DNA from: Nostoc punctiforme NIES-2108
GTDB taxonomy: Bacteria; Cyanobacteriota; Cyanobacteriia; Cyanobacteriales; Nostocaceae
Assembly (NCBI GenBank): GCA_003326195.1
Contig: LXQE01000136.1
Location: 300,047 to 308,040, forward strand
Direction of reading: 5' to 3'
DNA: 7,994 nt
Shown here: in pieces, positions 4,765 to 7,994 of the stretch
Numbering within the stretch: position 1 is the stretch's first letter
Layout of the letters: each line of letters starts with the position of its first letter
The notes under the pieces: model-generated
Database searches by the model: none
The model's input: the letters and a program-made list of their open reading frames with translations, nothing else
Told to the model about the DNA's origin: nothing
Made by a program: the position numbers and the translations under genes

Positions 4765-5559
4765 ATGGACTTGAAATTGCATGGTAAATCCGCCCTGGTC
4801 AGTGGCTCAACCGCAGGTATTGGTTTGGCGATCGCTCTTGGGCTAGCTCAAGAGGGTGCATCAGTGATTGTCAACGGTCGGTCTGAAGAACGAGTAGCAG
4901 ATGCGATCGCTAAAATTAAGCATTCTACACCCGACGCAAAAGTTTCTGGTGTTGTTGCTGACGCAGGCACTGCATCAGGGGTAGAGAAACTCATTCAAGA
5001 GGTTCCTGACGTTGATATACTCATAAATAATGTGGGTATTTATGAGCCAAAAACCTTCTTTGATATTACTGATGAAGACTGGTTAAAGATATTTGAGGTT
5101 AACGTCCTCAGTGGAGTCCGTTTGAGTCGGCAATATCTGCAAAAGCAGCTAGAGCAAAACTGGGGGCGAATAATTTTTATCTCCAGCGAATCTGCTATTC
5201 AGATCCCAGTGGAAATGATTCACTACGGCACAACTAAGACAGCGCAGCTAGCTATTGCCAGAGGTCTAGCAGAAATGACTGTGGGCACTGGAGTTACAGT
5301 AAACTCTGTCCTCCCAGGGCCAACTCGTTCAGAAGGAGTTGAAGAGTTTATCACCAACTTGGCACAGGAACGTGGTATTAGTCCCGATCAAGTTGAGGCA
5401 GAGTTTTTTGAAAATGTGCGTCCAAGTTCCTTGATTAAACGCTTTGCAACTAATGAAGAAGTAGCAGCGATCGTAGTTTACCTTTCTAGTCCCGTAGCAT
5501 CAGCAACTAATGGTGCAGCTTTGCGGGTAGATGGTGGCGTTATTCGGTCGATTGTTTAG
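4765..5559 (+). CDS. Short-chain dehydrogenase/reductase (SDR) family oxidoreductase
   Basis: It has the GSTAGIGLAIA cofactor motif (TGxxxGxG), NNVG, a catalytic Ser region (ISSES) and YGTTK (YxxxK). Confidence 0.93.
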   Translation: MDLKLHGKSALVSGSTAGIGLAIALGLAQEGASVIVNGRSEERVADAIAKIKHSTPDAKVSGVVADAGTASGVEKLIQEVPDVDILINNVGIYEPKTFFDITDEDWLKIFEVNVLSGVRLSRQYLQKQLEQNWGRIIFISSESAIQIPVEMIHYGTTKTAQLAIARGLAEMTVGTGVTVNSVLPGPTRSEGVEEFITNLAQERGISPDQVEAEFFENVRPSSLIKRFATNEEVAAIVVYLSSPVASATNGAALRVDGGVIRSIV

Positions 5560-5680
5560 TATTTGAACCACAACCGCATAGTCTATTTACCTGATAAATA
5601 GCTGTAACGCGTTGCACGCAGAATTGGGTATTGGGAAAACTTTTTCCTTGTTTTCCTTATCTCCCAGATGTGGGGTTTCA

Positions 5681-5699
5681 AATTTTGAATTTTGAATTG
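5681..5699. repeat. Heptamer tandem repeat AATTTTG x2 plus a partial copy, just upstream of the ene-reductase RBS
   Basis: AATTTTG occurs at 5681-5687 and 5688-5694, then AATTG. A direct repeat TTTTCCTT also occurs at 5642-5649 and 5651-5658. Confidence 0.85.
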
Positions 5700-5711
5700 G
5701 AGTAAAACGAC

Positions 5712-6824
5712 ATGGCTACTGGTATCAACTTATTCTCTCCTTACCAATTAGGAAATCTGGAATTACCTAACCGGATAGTGATGGCACCCTTAACCCGAAA
5801 CCGGGCAGGTGAGGGAAACGTACCACACCAACTGAATGCTACTTACTACGTCCAACGTGCTTCCGCCGGACTGATTATTTCTGAAGCAACACAGGTAACT
5901 CCTGAAGGACAGGGCTATCCCGCGACACCAGGAATTCATTCACCAGAACAGGTGGAGGGATGGAAGTTAGTAACCGATGCCGTACATCAGCACGGAGGCA
6001 GAATTTTTCTGCAACTATGGCACGTAGGCAGGATTTCTCACCCCGATTTACAACCGAATGGAGTTTTACCTGTAGCACCTTCTGCGATTGCTCCTAAAGG
6101 TGAAGCTTCAACTTTTGAGGGGCCAAAACCTTTCGTTACTCCCCGTGCTTTAGAAACTTCGGAAATACCGCAGATCGTCGAACAGTACGGTCAGGGAGCG
6201 GCAAATGCCCTAGCGGCTGGGTTTGATGGCGTGGAAATTCACGCAGCTAATGGTTATTTAATAGATCAGTTTTTGCGCGATCGCACCAATCAACGTACAG
6301 ATAAATATGGAGGTTCTATTGAGAATCGTGCCCGATTCCTGTTGGAGGTGACAGAGGCGGTAACTAATGTGTGGGATTCTAACCGAGTTGGGGTACGTTT
6401 TTCTCCCAGTGGGACTTTTAACGATATAGGTGACTCCAATCCCCTGGAGACATTCGGTTATGCCGCTCAAGCGTTAAATCAGTTTAATTTGGCATATCTG
6501 CATATTTATGAGGCAACAGAGGCAGATATTAGACATGGTGGGATAATTGTACCCACTAGTCATATACGCGATCGCTTTACAGGTACACTCATCGTCAATG
6601 GTGGTTATACCCGTGAAAAAGGCGATGCAGTACTGGCAAATAAAGCAGCAGATTTAGTTGCCTTTGGCACATTATTTATATCAAACCCCGATTTACCCCG
6701 ACGCTTGGCTTTGAATGCACCACTAAATGAACCAAATCAAGCAAGCTTTTACGGTGGTGATGAAAAGGGTTATACAGACTATCCATTTTGGTCGGCGGCT
6801 AACGAGCAGGTGGTCAATGCCTAA
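5712..6824 (+). CDS. Old Yellow Enzyme family NAD(P)H:flavin oxidoreductase / alkene (N-ethylmaleimide-type) reductase
   Basis: It carries LFSPYQLGNLELPNRIVMAPLTRNRA, LWHVGR, HAANGYLIDQFL, RTDKYGGSIENRARF and FISNPDLPRR, which are classic OYE/NemA/OPR motifs. Confidence 0.95.
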   Translation: MATGINLFSPYQLGNLELPNRIVMAPLTRNRAGEGNVPHQLNATYYVQRASAGLIISEATQVTPEGQGYPATPGIHSPEQVEGWKLVTDAVHQHGGRIFLQLWHVGRISHPDLQPNGVLPVAPSAIAPKGEASTFEGPKPFVTPRALETSEIPQIVEQYGQGAANALAAGFDGVEIHAANGYLIDQFLRDRTNQRTDKYGGSIENRARFLLEVTEAVTNVWDSNRVGVRFSPSGTFNDIGDSNPLETFGYAAQALNQFNLAYLHIYEATEADIRHGGIIVPTSHIRDRFTGTLIVNGGYTREKGDAVLANKAADLVAFGTLFISNPDLPRRLALNAPLNEPNQASFYGGDEKGYTDYPFWSAANEQVVNA

Positions 6825-6948
6825 TTCTTCTCATCTAAATAATTAAAACCCACTTCCCGCACTCTAAAGTATCAAATAAAACTGAGGATTTTTAGATTTT
6901 TCCTAGATACAACATCAGTAAAATGATTGTAAAAATTGGTTGTGAACT

Positions 6949-7380
6949 ATGAAAGATACTTTAGATGCAGCGGAAATCAAAGAACGCGTTAACGATTGGC
7001 TAGCTGCGTTTAGTCCAGGCAACAAACCCTTTGATTTCTCTCTCCTAGACAATCTCTACTGGCAAGATGAAGAATTCCTCGCCTTCGATACCCTCTCACC
7101 GCAGACCACTCGAATTCAAGGATGGCAATCCTATGAGGAAATATGGAAGCCCTTCATGACAGCAATAACTCAGTGGCAAGTTAAATTAGTTGGGGATATT
7201 CAGATTTTCACAAGTGATAACATTACCGTCTCTGCTTTGATTTTTCACAGTACAGCAACCACCATCGGGAATGAGGCGGTTGGAATTACGGCTCATGCAA
7301 CGCTTGTATGGCAGAAGCGAGAGGGACAATGGCGCATTATCCACGAGCATATCTCTAACCCGGTTAACATTGCCAATTAG
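6949..7380 (+). CDS. NTF2-like superfamily protein (SnoaL/DUF4440/ketosteroid-isomerase-like), 143 aa
   Basis: The size and the C-terminal ATLVWQKREGQWRIIHEHISNP pattern are typical of NTF2-fold proteins. The N-terminal helix has a W..AF motif. Confidence 0.75.
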   Translation: MKDTLDAAEIKERVNDWLAAFSPGNKPFDFSLLDNLYWQDEEFLAFDTLSPQTTRIQGWQSYEEIWKPFMTAITQWQVKLVGDIQIFTSDNITVSALIFHSTATTIGNEAVGITAHATLVWQKREGQWRIIHEHISNPVNIAN

Positions 7381-7478
7381 AAAGGAACATATTTGGATTG
7401 CTCTGCTCTTTAACGCTCTTAATCACTTTAGATATAAAATCCGAAACCCTCTCATAATCCAACTATCAGGAGAATATC

Positions 7479-7994
7479 ATGAGTTCCATCATCCAAACCC
7501 AACCTTTAGATGTACCCAGTGCGATCGCTCAACGTCGTTCTATCAAAACTTTTAAAGCAGACCCCATTACCCCAGAACTACTCAAGCAACTAGTAGAGTT
7601 AACCGTGGCTGCACCCAGCAGCTATAATATCCAGGACTGGCAAATTATTCTTGTGCAAGATGAAGCACAAAAGGCCGCACTATCAGCAGCATCTTTTAAT
7701 CAACAGCAAATTGTTCAAGCACCCGTAACCTTTGTCTTTGCCGCCGATCCTAACGCAGGCGAACAAAACTTGACCTCAATTTTAGAGCGGGGACTCGAAA
7801 CTGGGGCATGGAATGAAGGCACAGTAAACTACTTTAAAACCGCCGTCCCCCAATTTCAAGCAGCGCTGGGCGAGAAGCGACGCGAATATGCGATCAAAGA
7901 TGCCATCATTGCCGCTACCCATTTGGTGTTAGCAGCAGAAAGTCTGGGATTATCCACTTGTTTTATGAACGGTTGGATTGAGGATAGGGTAAAA
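7479..7994 (+). CDS. Nitroreductase family protein (5' partial view; runs off the right edge)
   Basis: An ATG at 7479 is preceded by AGGAG (7468-7472). The frame is open for 172 codons to the window end: MSSIIQTQPLDVPSAIAQRRSIKTFKADPIT…APSSYNIQDWQIILV…ESLGLSTCFMNGW. The RRSIKxF and late G..TC.M motifs fit the nitroreductase fold. It is missing from the ORF track because it has no stop in the window. Confidence 0.88.
   Translation, partial: MSSIIQTQPLDVPSAIAQRRSIKTFKADPITPELLKQLVELTVAAPSSYNIQDWQIILVQDEAQKAALSAASFNQQQIVQAPVTFVFAADPNAGEQNLTSILERGLETGAWNEGTVNYFKTAVPQFQAALGEKRREYAIKDAIIAATHLVLAAESLGLSTCFMNGWIEDRVK

Noticed and set aside
5875-6470. The - strand ORFs 5875..6078 and 6258..6470 within the ene-reductase gene
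   Set aside because: They are shadow ORFs inside a full-length OYE-family CDS with all its hallmark motifs.
7271-7555. A 94-aa + ORF bridging the NTF2-like gene and the nitroreductase gene
   Set aside because: It is out of frame with both well-supported genes and overlaps each. The nitroreductase frame has an AGGAG RBS and family motifs beginning at 7479.

Overview
This is about 8 kb of what looks like a filamentous (Nostocales-type) cyanobacterial chromosome. By my manual count the HIP1 octamer GCGATCGC occurs 13 times. Heptamer STRR-like tandem repeats sit in intergenic spacers. There is a typical cyanobacterial pentapeptide-repeat protein and an Anabaena-like m-type thioredoxin.

Gene order, left to right:
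- the 3' end of an unidentified + strand CDS
- a 53-nt 3' fragment of a tRNA-Lys(CUU) gene on the - strand, with no 5' half
- a membrane-anchored family-2 glycosyltransferase (HpnB-like)
- a - strand block: a 126-aa hypothetical, then an HNH endonuclease broken by an in-frame TGA 1 nt after the hypothetical's stop, then a 204-aa pentapeptide-repeat protein
- a 78-aa ORF whose stop overlaps (ATGA) the start of a 25-codon stub
- an ArsR/SmtB-family regulator with a vicinal Cys-Cys, transcribed divergently across a perfect 25-bp palindrome
- a same-strand run of thioredoxin, SDR oxidoreductase, Old Yellow Enzyme-type ene-reductase, NTF2/SnoaL-like protein and nitroreductase (runs off the right edge)

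No CRISPR array, rRNA, transposase or integrase is visible. The most interesting items are:
- the tightly coupled small-protein/HNH pair with a nonsense-interrupted nuclease
- the orphan tRNA fragment, a possible island boundary
- the ArsR(CC)/palindrome/redox-enzyme cluster, a possible thiol or electrophile stress regulon
- a decayed toxin-antitoxin-like stub
- an orphan structured element with a T7 tract in a divergent intergenic region

All functional calls come from reading motifs by eye. No database search was run.
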